This document shows, piece after piece, positions 54,009 to 63,799 of a stretch of 64,000 nucleotides of DNA. The position numbers were made by a program, and so were the translations under genes. A model generated the notes under the pieces. The model was given only the letters and a program-made list of their open reading frames with translations. It made no database searches and was not told where the DNA came from. Source of the stretch: an uncultured Clostridia bacterium. GTDB taxonomy: Bacteria > Bacillota > Clostridia > TANB77 > CAG-508. Numbering within the stretch: position 1 is the stretch's first letter; each line of letters begins with the position of its first letter. The stretch lies in NCBI GenBank assembly GCA_934162535.1, contig CAKPJC010000006.1, positions 12,148 through 76,147 on the forward strand. The letters run 5' to 3'.

Positions 54009-54037
54009 ATTATAGCATCTTTGTAAGTATTTGTCAA
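54009..54037 (-). promoter_or_regulatory. consensus sigma-A promoter of the 99-aa gene
   Basis: Minus strand: TTGACA (54037-54032), 17 nt, TATAAT (54014-54009). The leader contains the hairpin TAGAGCcaaaaaGCTCTA. Confidence 0.7.
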
Positions 54038-54058
54038 TTATTTTTTCTTTTTCTCCTT

Positions 54059-55243
54059 TTATTTTTCTAGTTTCTCTGATATTTTAGTTGGAATCTTTAT
54101 AACAACTTCTGTACCTTTTCCTATTTCACTTTTTATATCAATGCTTCCTCCATTTCTGTCAAGTAAATCTTTTGCAATAGATAGTCCAAGTCCTGTTCCT
54201 CCCATTTCTCTGCTTCTCGCTTTGTCAACTCTATAAAATCTTTCAAATATTCTGTTCAAATCTTCTTCTGGAATGCCAATACCATTATCAAAAACCTTTA
54301 TATATGCATCATTATATACAAATCCAACATATATTTTTATTTCTCCACCATTTTTTGTGTACTTTATACTATTTGTTAATATATTTAATATTACTCTTTC
54401 TATATCATCTTTATCTGCATATACTGGTGGTACATCTGCTGTAACAAAACATTTAACTTCATGATTTTTCTTTTTTATTTCAATTGCTAACTTATCTTGG
54501 CACTTCTTTACTAATTCTCCTAAATTAAAAGCTTCTGATTGTACAACACTTTTATTACTGTCATTTTTTGATAATGTTAGTAAATCTGTTACTAGTTTTG
54601 CCATTCTCCTTGCTTCTGATGCAATTACACTTAGGAATTTACTTTGTGTTTCCTTGTCATATTCTTCTTCTAACAATGTATCTGCATATCCCATTATAGA
54701 TGTTATAGGTGTTTTTAATTCATGTGATACATCAGCAATAAATTCTTTTCTCATATTATCTAATTTAACATGTTCTGTTATATCTTGTATTACCGCAATT
54801 ACACCAACTGTTCTGTCATTTTCTTTTTTAAATGGTGCAAAATATGCATTAACAAATTTTTCTCCTATTTGGAATCTTTCTTCAGTGTTTGTCCAATTTT
54901 CAAGATATATTATTTTCTCAAGATTTATATCTGAATTTAATTCACCAAATACATCATTAAAATTGTTATGTTCTGGTAATACATTTAATAGTTTTTTTGC
55001 TGCCGGATTTATAAGTACAATATCTCCATCTCTATCAAATGCTATAATTCCATCTGTCATGTGTAAAAATATACTGTTATTTATGTCTAAATCATCATTT
55101 GTGACACCTGAGCCTTTTATAAGCCTCGTTTTAGGGAACATTATCTTTTGTTTTAGGTATTTTTTTATTAATATTTCACTAATTATTAAAACAATTATAT
55201 CAATTAACATCACTGCTATTGTGATTTTAACTTCTCCTAACAC
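54059..55243 (-). CDS. sensor histidine kinase (TM-PAS-HisKA-HATPase; PhoR/WalK-like)
   Basis: 394 aa with H-box FIADVSHELKTPITSI, N-box LTNSIKYT, DNGIGI and GGTGLGLSI. Confidence 0.88.
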   Translation of the reverse strand: MLGEVKITIAVMLIDIIVLIISEILIKKYLKQKIMFPKTRLIKGSGVTNDDLDINNSIFLHMTDGIIAFDRDGDIVLINPAAKKLLNVLPEHNNFNDVFGELNSDINLEKIIYLENWTNTEERFQIGEKFVNAYFAPFKKENDRTVGVIAVIQDITEHVKLDNMRKEFIADVSHELKTPITSIMGYADTLLEEEYDKETQSKFLSVIASEARRMAKLVTDLLTLSKNDSNKSVVQSEAFNLGELVKKCQDKLAIEIKKKNHEVKCFVTADVPPVYADKDDIERVILNILTNSIKYTKNGGEIKIYVGFVYNDAYIKVFDNGIGIPEEDLNRIFERFYRVDKARSREMGGTGLGLSIAKDLLDRNGGSIDIKSEIGKGTEVVIKIPTKISEKLEK

Positions 55244-55248
55244 TATAT

Positions 55249-56367
55249 CTAACTCCTTATATTATTTTTGATTTCATTATAAATTCTTTCCTCTACATTT
55301 TCTACTGATTTTGTGTGTGCCAATTTACCCATTTCTTCTAATAATTCTGGATTATATATCATTCTTTCCATCTCTCTACGAAGTCTATCACCATTTATCC
55401 TCTCATTATCTACTATACTTGCTGCACCAATGTCTTTTAATGCTTTTGCATTATAATATTGATGATTTTGACTCACACCTGGTAATGGTACTAATATTGA
55501 AGGTTTAGATAAATCTGCAATTTCTGTAACTGTCATTGCACCACTTCTTGATATTATTACATCTGCTATATTCATCATTTCTTCCATATTGTATATATAT
55601 GGTACTATTTTTGCATTTTTTGTATTGTTTATATCTATATTCGTTTCTGCTAATTTATTTTTGACTATATCAAATTGTTTTTGACCTGTTGCCCATATCA
55701 CTTGATAATCAAAACATATTCCTTTATCAACTAAATCTATTAATGCCTCATTTATTTTTTGAGCTCCTTGGCTTCCTCCAAATACTAAGAATGTTGGTAG
55801 ATTTCCATCTAGTCCAAGTTCTTCCAATTTCTTTGATTTTTCTTCCTTTGTATAATTTATTTTTTTGATTTTTACAGGTGTTCCTGTATATATAATTTTT
55901 TTTGCTTTTGGAATTCTTTCTTTTGCTTCTTCAAATCCCACTAATACTGCATTAACTCTTTTAGCCAGTGTTTTTACTGCTTTTCCAGGATATGCATTGC
56001 TTTCATGTAATACAACTGGCACTTTTTCTTTGTTAGCAGCCCATACAACAGGTCCACAGATATATCCACCTGCTCCTACTATTATGTCAGGTTTAAATTC
56101 TTTTATTATTTGTCTTGCTGTTTTTGTTGAATTTAGTGTTGCAAATATTTTTTTAATATTTTCTATTGTTGGCTTTTTACTTAGACCATATGCGTCTATT
56201 GTTTTTAATTTATATCCTGCTCTTGGTACTAAGTCATTTTCTAATCCTCTATTTGTTCCTATAAAGATTATTTCTGAATCATTTTCTTTTCTTTTTATCT
56301 CATTTGCTATCGCAATACCTGGATTTATATGTCCCGCTGTTCCAGCAGCTGCTATTATTACTCTCAT
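55249..56367 (-). CDS. murG: UDP-N-acetylglucosamine--N-acetylmuramyl-(pentapeptide) pyrophosphoryl-undecaprenol GlcNAc transferase
   Basis: The start is taken at MRVIIAAAGTAGHINPG (RBS aggaag). The track start 56400 would overlap ftsW. Confidence 0.92.
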   Translation of the reverse strand: MRVIIAAAGTAGHINPGIAIANEIKRKENDSEIIFIGTNRGLENDLVPRAGYKLKTIDAYGLSKKPTIENIKKIFATLNSTKTARQIIKEFKPDIIVGAGGYICGPVVWAANKEKVPVVLHESNAYPGKAVKTLAKRVNAVLVGFEEAKERIPKAKKIIYTGTPVKIKKINYTKEEKSKKLEELGLDGNLPTFLVFGGSQGAQKINEALIDLVDKGICFDYQVIWATGQKQFDIVKNKLAETNIDINNTKNAKIVPYIYNMEEMMNIADVIISRSGAMTVTEIADLSKPSILVPLPGVSQNHQYYNAKALKDIGAASIVDNERINGDRLRREMERMIYNPELLEEMGKLAHTKSVENVEERIYNEIKNNIRS

Positions 56368-56387
56368 TTTGAGCTTCCTTTCTTTTT

Positions 56388-57545
56388 TTATTTTGTACAT
56401 GCCCTAGATATACTCAGCAATACCCCCATTTCAAATAGCAGTAACATTAATGCTGTTCCACCATAACTGAAAAATGGTAGTTGCATTCCTGTTGCCGGCA
56501 TTGATGATGTTACTACTGCTATATTTATTATTGCTTGAATCCCCACTAATGTGGTTATTCCTATTGCTACAAGGCTACCAAACATGTCTGGTGCCTTCAT
56601 TGCAATTAATATGCCTCTCCATACTAATATTGCAAATAATGCTACAACTATTATGCAACCAACAAATCCTAGTTCTTCTGCTAATACAGAGAATATAAAG
56701 TCATTATGTGGTTCTGGTAAATATAAATATTTTTGCTTTCCATCTCCTAGTCCTGTTCCAAATAATCCACCTGAGCCTATTGCATATAGACTCTGAACTA
56801 CTTGCCAACCATCTCCTGTTGCATCTTTCCATGGGTCTAAAAATGTTATACATCTATTTACTATGTATTGGAATTTACTTTGAAATTTATCACTTGCAAA
56901 ATATAATATTGTTGCAAGTGTTCCACCTATCCCTGCTACTGATATTCCAGCTACTGCAAATTGCCAGAATTTACATCCTGCTAATATTATCATTACACAA
57001 CATGTTATTGTAATTACCATTGCAGTACTGATATGTGGTTCCATTGCCAATAACAATATTATTGGTATCAAAAACGCTAAATGTTTTCCAAGTCCTTTTC
57101 CGAATTTTCCTAATTCATTTCTGTCATTTACTAATATACCTGCATAAAATATTATCATTAGTATTTTAACTATTTCAGATGGTTGAAATGTTATTATTTT
57201 TAGGTCTATCCATCTTTTAGCACCATGACTATCTGTTCCTACTATTAATACTACGATTAATAGTATTATTGATAACCAATATGCTAATTTGTAAAATCTT
57301 TGGTATATTCTATAATCTACTTTTGAAAAAAAGTACATTCCTACTAATCCTATTACTGCAAATATTAATTGTCTGAAAAACAAATGATAACTGTTACTGT
57401 ATGTCTGCAATGATTTGGGTGAACTTGCTGATAATACCATTACTAACCCTATTGCTAGTAATAATAGCACTGTTGTTACTAACATGAAATCTACTGGGTT
57501 ATTCAAAAAGTCTGAAAAACCTTTTGCTTTCCTTTTCTGTGCCAT
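56388..57545 (-). CDS. ftsW: FtsW/SpoVE (SEDS family) peptidoglycan glycosyltransferase
   Basis: 385-aa polytopic protein with QPSE and PEPHNDFIF motifs, in dcw context. Confidence 0.9.
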   Translation of the reverse strand: MAQKRKAKGFSDFLNNPVDFMLVTTVLLLLAIGLVMVLSASSPKSLQTYSNSYHLFFRQLIFAVIGLVGMYFFSKVDYRIYQRFYKLAYWLSIILLIVVLIVGTDSHGAKRWIDLKIITFQPSEIVKILMIIFYAGILVNDRNELGKFGKGLGKHLAFLIPIILLLAMEPHISTAMVITITCCVMIILAGCKFWQFAVAGISVAGIGGTLATILYFASDKFQSKFQYIVNRCITFLDPWKDATGDGWQVVQSLYAIGSGGLFGTGLGDGKQKYLYLPEPHNDFIFSVLAEELGFVGCIIVVALFAILVWRGILIAMKAPDMFGSLVAIGITTLVGIQAIINIAVVTSSMPATGMQLPFFSYGGTALMLLLFEMGVLLSISRACTK

Positions 57546-57572
57546 CTTTTATCATTCCTTTCTATTCACAGT

Positions 57573-58559
57573 TTATATTATTTGTAATCCTATTATGCAT
57601 ACTACTAATGTAATTATTCCAAATAGCATTACAACTTGATTTTCTCTCCATCCTGATAATTCTAAGTGATGATGTATTGGAGCCATTTTAAATACTCTTT
57701 TTCCTGTTTTTTTGAAACATGCTACTTGTATTATTACAGATATTGTTTCTATTACTGGTATAATAGCAATTACTAATAATATTAGTGGCATTTTTAAATA
57801 TAGTGCAACTCCTGATATTACACCACCTAAAAATAGTGAACCTGTATCTCCCATAAATGCTTTTGCTGGATATATGTTAAACATTAAGAATGCTAATACT
57901 GCACCTATTGTTATTGCACCAAATATTACTATTTCTTTTACTCCTAATATTGTTGCAATTATTGTTAAACATGTAATTATTATTGCAGATACTGTTGATG
58001 ACAATCCATCAATACCATCTGTTAAGTTTACTGCATTTGTTGTTCCTAGTATTACTAATATTGCAAATGGTATATATGCATATATTGGTATGTTTACATA
58101 TTCTTTTAATATAGGTATATATGTGTCTGTTCCTATATTAACTCCCTTTATAAGATATAATACATATATAACTGATATTAATAATAGTCCTAACATTTTT
58201 AGGCTTGGTTTTAATCCTTTTGTATCTTTTAATACTAGTTTTTTGAAGTCATCTATAAGCCCTATTGCTCCAAATCCCATTGTTAAAAATAGTATTGGTA
58301 TTAAATTATGAGCTGTTTGTGGCTCTATTGATCTATAATACATATATGCTAGTATTGTAACAATTATTATTCCTAGCATTATTATTATTCCACCCATTGT
58401 TGGAGTTCCTTGTTTTTTTAGATGGCTTTCAGGTCCATCACTTCTTTCTATTTGTCCTATTTTCATTTTTCTTAGTATTGGTACTATAATTATTCCTAAT
58501 ACTACTGTAATTACAAACGATGCTAATAATGTTTTTGTTTGAAAATCCAATTTTATCAC
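57573..58559 (-). CDS. mraY: phospho-N-acetylmuramoyl-pentapeptide-transferase
   Basis: 328 aa with KQGTPTMGG, NAVNLTDGIDGL, MGDTGSL and APIHHH. Confidence 0.93.
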   Translation of the reverse strand: MIKLDFQTKTLLASFVITVVLGIIIVPILRKMKIGQIERSDGPESHLKKQGTPTMGGIIIMLGIIIVTILAYMYYRSIEPQTAHNLIPILFLTMGFGAIGLIDDFKKLVLKDTKGLKPSLKMLGLLLISVIYVLYLIKGVNIGTDTYIPILKEYVNIPIYAYIPFAILVILGTTNAVNLTDGIDGLSSTVSAIIITCLTIIATILGVKEIVIFGAITIGAVLAFLMFNIYPAKAFMGDTGSLFLGGVISGVALYLKMPLILLVIAIIPVIETISVIIQVACFKKTGKRVFKMAPIHHHLELSGWRENQVVMLFGIITLVVCIIGLQII

Positions 58560-58564
58560 CTTTC

Positions 58565-60037
58565 TTATGTTTGATTATCTATTATTTCTTTTACTATAAT
58601 TCTTTCATCAAATGGATGTTTTACCCCATTAATTTCTTGATATGGTTCATGCCCTTTTCCTGCAAGTATTATTATATCAAGTTTTGTTGCCATTTTTATT
58701 GCTTCTTCTATTGCTTCTCTTCTGTCAACTACTACTTTATATTTTCCTTTTGTTTTCTTTATTCCTTCTTCAATTTCTTTTACTATTTCATCTGGGTCTT
58801 CTGTTCTTGGGTTATCTGTTGTTATAAATGTAAAGTCTGCAATCCTTCCTGATATTTCCCCCATTTGTGGTCTTTTTCCTTTATCTCTATCTCCACCACA
58901 ACCAAATACTGATATTACTTTTCCTCTTGTATAGCTTTTTGCTGCTGATAATATGTTTTGTAGACTTTCTGGTGAATGTGCATAATCTATCATTATTGGT
59001 ATTTCTTTTGCATTGTCTACCATTTCTGATCTACCTGGCACTTTTATTTCTGCAAGAGCTTCTATTACTTTTTCTGATGGTATTCCTATTTTTTTAGCTA
59101 CACATATTGCTGCTAAAGAATTGTATACACTAAATCTTCCTGGTATGCTTACTTTTACTCTTTCATTTTTGTCTTTGATTTTTACTCTAAAGTCTACATA
59201 TGAATTTGTTATTGTTATGTCTTTTGCTAATACCTCACAATAATTGTCTATTCCATATGTCATTATTTTACTATTTGGAAACATTCCTGGTATTTTTGAT
59301 ACTTGTAAATCATCTACATTTATTATTCCATTATCACACATTTCAAATAGTTTTAGTTTTGATTCAAAGTAGTCTTTCATATCTGGATGTTCTTTTTCAC
59401 TTATATGATCTTCTGAGAAATTTGTGAATAATACTATATCAAATTTACATCCATCTACTCTATGTAGTTTTAAGCTTTGTGATGATACTTCCATAACTAC
59501 ATATTCTACTCCTTGCTTTGCCATTTCTGCAAATGTCCTCTGTAATTCTATGCTTTCCGGTGTTGTTCTGTTACTTTCTGATACCATTTTTCCATTTATG
59601 TATGTTGCAATTGTTCCTATTAAGCCAACTTTATATCCTGCTTTTTCTAGCATTTCTTTTATCATAAATGTTGTTGTTGTTTTTCCTTTTGTTCCTGTTA
59701 CTCCTATTAGTTTGAATTTTTTTGAAGGATTGTCATAATAGTTACAACTACATTTTGCTAATGCTATTCTTGTATCTTTTGCCATTATTAGTGTGACATT
59801 TGCTGGTAATTTTATTGATTTTAAGTCACATCCTTCTTCAATCATAATTGCTTTTGCTCCTGCTTTTATGGCATCATTTATATATTTATGTCCATCTGTT
59901 GCAAATCCTTTTATTGCAATGAACATGTATCCTTCTTTTATATTTTTTGAATTACTTTCTATTCCTGTTATTTCAATGTCTAACTCTCCTTTTGCTTTTA
60001 ATCCATCTATTCCTATTAATATTTTCTTTAGATTCAT
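58565..60037 (-). CDS. murE: UDP-N-acetylmuramoyl-L-alanyl-D-glutamate--2,6-diaminopimelate ligase
   Basis: 490 aa with GVTGTKGKTTT and the DNPR motif (TTDNPRTEDP) typical of meso-DAP-adding MurE. Confidence 0.9.
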   Translation of the reverse strand: MNLKKILIGIDGLKAKGELDIEITGIESNSKNIKEGYMFIAIKGFATDGHKYINDAIKAGAKAIMIEEGCDLKSIKLPANVTLIMAKDTRIALAKCSCNYYDNPSKKFKLIGVTGTKGKTTTTFMIKEMLEKAGYKVGLIGTIATYINGKMVSESNRTTPESIELQRTFAEMAKQGVEYVVMEVSSQSLKLHRVDGCKFDIVLFTNFSEDHISEKEHPDMKDYFESKLKLFEMCDNGIINVDDLQVSKIPGMFPNSKIMTYGIDNYCEVLAKDITITNSYVDFRVKIKDKNERVKVSIPGRFSVYNSLAAICVAKKIGIPSEKVIEALAEIKVPGRSEMVDNAKEIPIMIDYAHSPESLQNILSAAKSYTRGKVISVFGCGGDRDKGKRPQMGEISGRIADFTFITTDNPRTEDPDEIVKEIEEGIKKTKGKYKVVVDRREAIEEAIKMATKLDIIILAGKGHEPYQEINGVKHPFDERIIVKEIIDNQT

Positions 60038-60161
60038 TTTGCATTCTCCTTTACCTAATTTTTTTACATTATATAACTAATTTTGATTTTTGTATAGTCT
60101 AATTTTGGAAATAAAAAATTTTTTTCATTTTTTTACATTTTGCGATTTTATTTTTTCTGAA

Positions 60162-60200
60162 GAAAAAATAAAAACACCTAATTATATTTATTAAGTGTTT
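60162..60200 (-). terminator. terminator of fmt
   Basis: AACACTTAAT-aaatata-ATTAGGTGTT followed by TTTATTTTTT on the minus strand. Confidence 0.7.
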
Positions 60201-60214
60201 TCATCTTTTATGAT

Positions 60215-61168
60215 TTATTTAAGTTTTGTTCCTTCAACTATTTCATTTCCTCTTAGATATTCTTTTATGTCCATTCTTTTTGAATTTTCACCTTGTATTT
60301 CTATTATTTTTATTATTCCTTCTTTTGCTTTTATATATAAACCATTTTTGCTGTTTGAATATATGACTGTTCCATTTTCGTAATTTTCTATTTTTCTTTC
60401 TTCTGGTAATTTATTTACAGTTTCTGCTTTCCAGAATTTTACCTTTTTACCATTTATATAAGAATATGTCCCCATTATAGGGTTTAATCCTCTGATTAGG
60501 TCTTTTATTTGTTTGGCATTTCTTGTTTCCCAGTCTATTTTTGACATTTCTTTATTTAGCATTGGTGCCATTGTGAAATCATTACCTTGTGGAACTCTTG
60601 GTGCCGTGCCATTTTCTATTTGTTCCAATGTTTTTACAAGTAATTTGGCTCCTATTTTAGATAATCTTTCCCATAGTTCTCCAGTTGTTTCATTCTCTCC
60701 TATTTGAGTTTTTTCTTTTAATATCATATCTCCTGTGTCCATACCAATATCCATATACATTGTTGTTACACCTGTTTCTGCTTCTCCATTTATCACTGCC
60801 CACTGTATTGGTGCTGAACCTCTGTATTTTGGTAATAATGAGCCATGTACATTTATACATCCTTTGTCAGGTATTTCTAATATTTCCTTTGGAAGTATTT
60901 TTCCATATGCAACAACACATATTACGTCTGGCTTAATCCTTTTCATCTCTTCAATAAATTCTACATTTTTTCTAACTCTTTCTGGTTGATATATTTTTAA
61001 CTCTTTTTCGATTGCATATTGCTTTACAGGTGATTCTACAAGTTTCATTCCTCTACCCTTTGGTCTATCAGGATTTGTCACTACTGCTTCTATTTGATGC
61101 CCTGCATTATATATTGCTTCTAATGATTCTTTTGCAAAGTCTGGTGTTCCCATAAATATTATTTTCAT
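60215..61168 (-). CDS. fmt: methionyl-tRNA formyltransferase
   Basis: 317 aa with MKIIFMGTPDFA and NVHGSLLPKYRGSAPIQWA. Confidence 0.93.
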   Translation of the reverse strand: MKIIFMGTPDFAKESLEAIYNAGHQIEAVVTNPDRPKGRGMKLVESPVKQYAIEKELKIYQPERVRKNVEFIEEMKRIKPDVICVVAYGKILPKEILEIPDKGCINVHGSLLPKYRGSAPIQWAVINGEAETGVTTMYMDIGMDTGDMILKEKTQIGENETTGELWERLSKIGAKLLVKTLEQIENGTAPRVPQGNDFTMAPMLNKEMSKIDWETRNAKQIKDLIRGLNPIMGTYSYINGKKVKFWKAETVNKLPEERKIENYENGTVIYSNSKNGLYIKAKEGIIKIIEIQGENSKRMDIKEYLRGNEIVEGTKLK

Positions 61169-61177
61169 CTTTTTCTC

Positions 61178-62038
61178 CTATTTCATAATGCATTTTGTAA
61201 TATTTGCAAAGTCTTGTATTGAAAGTTCTTCTGCTCTAACATTTTCATTTAGATTTAGCTTTTTTAGTATTTCAGTTCCTTCTTTTTTACTTATAAATAC
61301 TTTTGTATTTGTTAATGCATTTAAAAGTGTTTTTCTTCTTTGCATAAATGCACTTTTTATTATCATAAACATTACTTTTGGATTTTCTATTTTTACTGCT
61401 GGAACTTTTCTTAAATTCATTTTTATTACTTCTGATGTTACTTCTGGTTCTGGTATAAATGAATTGTTTGGTACTTCCATTATTTTTTTCGATTGACAAT
61501 AATAATAAACTGTATGTGTTATTGCTCCAGTGTTTTTTCCTCCTGGTATTTCTATTAGCCTTTCTGCGACTTCTTTTTGTATCATTACTGTTATACTTTG
61601 TATGTCAAGCTTTTCTTCTAATAGTCTCATTATTATTGGTGTAGTTATATAATATGGTAAGTTTGCAACTATTTTTACATTTTTTATTTCTTTATTTTTT
61701 TTGTTTTCTTTTATCATTTTGTTTAAATCGACTTTTAGTACATCATCATTTATAATTTCAAGGTTTTCTTTTGTTGTAAATCTATTATTTAATATTTTTA
61801 CCATTCTTGTATCTAATTCTATGCATATTACTTTTCCTGCTTTATCTAATAGATATTTTGTTAGTGTTCCTAATCCTGGTCCGATTTCTATTACTAAATC
61901 TTCTTTACTTAGTTCACTACTTTCTATTATTTTCTCGACCACTTCTGTGCTTATTAAGAAGTTTTGTCCAAGACTTTTGTTTGCTTTTATATTATACGCT
62001 TTCATTATACTTTTGGTTTCTTCTAATATATTTCCCAT
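61178..62038 (-). CDS. rsmA: 16S rRNA (adenine1518/1519-N6)-dimethyltransferase
   Basis: 286 aa with KSLGQNFL, EIGPGLGTLT and ANLPYYITTPI. Confidence 0.92.
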   Translation of the reverse strand: MGNILEETKSIMKAYNIKANKSLGQNFLISTEVVEKIIESSELSKEDLVIEIGPGLGTLTKYLLDKAGKVICIELDTRMVKILNNRFTTKENLEIINDDVLKVDLNKMIKENKKNKEIKNVKIVANLPYYITTPIIMRLLEEKLDIQSITVMIQKEVAERLIEIPGGKNTGAITHTVYYYCQSKKIMEVPNNSFIPEPEVTSEVIKMNLRKVPAVKIENPKVMFMIIKSAFMQRRKTLLNALTNTKVFISKKEGTEILKKLNLNENVRAEELSIQDFANITKCIMK

Positions 62039-62048
62039 ATTTCACCTT

Positions 62049-62195
62049 TTATTTTTCATTTTTTTCTTTATTTACTTTTTTCAAGTTTTCTTGAGTTTTC
62101 TTGTCTAATTCTAATCCATATGATTTTATTAATGAGTCTATTCCATATATGTCATCTTCTGTACCTGTTTCAGGTTTTTTTACTATTAATCCCAT
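62049..62195 (-). CDS. 48-aa hypothetical ORF upstream of rsmA
   Basis: My own translation: MGLIVKKPETGTEDDIYGIDSLIKSYGLELDKKTQENLKKVNKEKNEK. RBS ggaga. It is below the track's size cut-off. Confidence 0.3.
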   Translation of the reverse strand: MGLIVKKPETGTEDDIYGIDSLIKSYGLELDKKTQENLKKVNKEKNEK

Positions 62196-62243
62196 TTTAC
62201 ACTATCTCCATTCTTTTTTGTCTTCTTCTTTTATTATAAGTCC

Positions 62244-63713
62244 TTAATTTTCCGTTGTCAACTGGTTTTCTTCTCTTTTTACCCAAACAGATACACTTCC
62301 TCCATTGCATATAAAGTCTGCATTTCCATTTTCGTCTATTTTTATTATTTCTGGTCTATTTCCTGTTATATCATACATTTCTGTTCCTATAAATTCTGTT
62401 CCCATATGCATGTTTTTTGTTCCACCTATACTGTCTGACATTATTACAGCTATTCCTGAGTTTGGATGCTCATCGTCTCCTTCTAATGTCCATCCTATTA
62501 TACTTTCATTATCAAAATAGTCATTTTGATTTCCATAACATAAGTCTTTTCTAACTTTTAGTAATGTATCTATTTTTTCTTTTATTGGATTACTTCCAGC
62601 TATATTCATTCCATAATAGTCTCCATAGAATATACATGGTATTCCTTGTTTTCGTAATAAGATTATCGCATATGCCAATGGTTTAAACCAATCCATTATA
62701 GATGATTCTAATGCTTGACCTATTTGTGTATCATGATTATCTACAAATGTTACTGCTAACCCTGGTCTTTCTTTTACTAATGTATTATCAAGTATTGTTC
62801 TCATGTCATAGTTTCCTTCGCCTCGTGATGCATAATATAAATTGTAGTGTAATGGTACGTCAAATAAATTCATTCCATTGTCTACACTTTCTAGATATCT
62901 TTTTAGTTTTCCAACATCATTTCTCCAATATTCTCCTACTGCATATAATTCTTGACTAAATTCACTTCTTACTTCTTCTAGCCAATTTTTATAAAAGTCT
63001 CCCCTTATATGTTTTACTGCATCTAGTCTAAATCCATCTATATGACAAGTGTTTATGTACCATTTTGTCCATTCTATCAATTCATTTACAACATCTACAT
63101 TGTTTAGGTCTACATCTGCTCCCATCAGATAATCAAAGTTTCCATTTTCATCATCAACATCTTCATCCCAATGTTTGCCATAAAATCTGTATATACCTGC
63201 TTTTTTGGTTGCTTCGTCCCAGTCAGTTCCATGAAAGTGTGTCCAGTTCCATGTAAAATCTGAGTATTTTCCTGCTCTACCTGGAAATGTGAATTTTGTC
63301 CATGCTTTTATTATTTTATTTTCTCCTATATCTACATTTCTATTCACTCCAAGTTCTTCTATTGCTATTACATCTTCTAATTCATCTGCTCCTAGTTTAT
63401 GATTAAATACTATATCTGCTAATACTTTTATTTCATTTTTATGTAATTCTTCGATTGCATCAATGTATTGTGCCTTTAGTCCATATTTAGTTGGTATACT
63501 GCCTTTTTGGTTAAATTCTCCTAAATCATATAAATCATATACTCCATATCCTACTTCTGATACTCCACCTGTTCCTTTATATGCTGGTGGTAGCCATACT
63601 GATGTTATTCCTATATTTTTTAAATGTTCTGCATCATCTTTTATTTTATCCCATAGTGTACAATCTGCTGGTAAGTACCATTCAAAATATTGCATTATTG
63701 TTTTATTTTTCAT
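62244..63713 (-). CDS. cytoplasmic alpha-amylase (GH13)
   Basis: 489 aa with no signal peptide. Motifs DIVFNH, GFRLDAVKHI, EYW and FVDNHD. Confidence 0.9.
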   Translation of the reverse strand: MKNKTIMQYFEWYLPADCTLWDKIKDDAEHLKNIGITSVWLPPAYKGTGGVSEVGYGVYDLYDLGEFNQKGSIPTKYGLKAQYIDAIEELHKNEIKVLADIVFNHKLGADELEDVIAIEELGVNRNVDIGENKIIKAWTKFTFPGRAGKYSDFTWNWTHFHGTDWDEATKKAGIYRFYGKHWDEDVDDENGNFDYLMGADVDLNNVDVVNELIEWTKWYINTCHIDGFRLDAVKHIRGDFYKNWLEEVRSEFSQELYAVGEYWRNDVGKLKRYLESVDNGMNLFDVPLHYNLYYASRGEGNYDMRTILDNTLVKERPGLAVTFVDNHDTQIGQALESSIMDWFKPLAYAIILLRKQGIPCIFYGDYYGMNIAGSNPIKEKIDTLLKVRKDLCYGNQNDYFDNESIIGWTLEGDDEHPNSGIAVIMSDSIGGTKNMHMGTEFIGTEMYDITGNRPEIIKIDENGNADFICNGGSVSVWVKREENQLTTEN

Positions 63714-63799
63714 TATTTTTTCGTCTCCTTTTTATGTATTGTGTCCTATTATTTTATATCACATTATTTTTTAAAATAAAAGTTGTATTGTTTATTTTT

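Noticed and set aside
55249-56400. murG start at 56400 (MYKIKKERKLKM...).
   Set aside because: That start would overlap ftsW by 13 nt and add a non-conserved extension. The internal ATG at 56367 gives the canonical MRVIIAAAGTAGH N-terminus with an AGGAAG RBS.
61287-61499. 70-aa minus-strand ORF inside rsmA.
   Set aside because: It is an alternative frame within a well-supported gene, and its Lys/Asn-rich product is typical of AT-rich frames.
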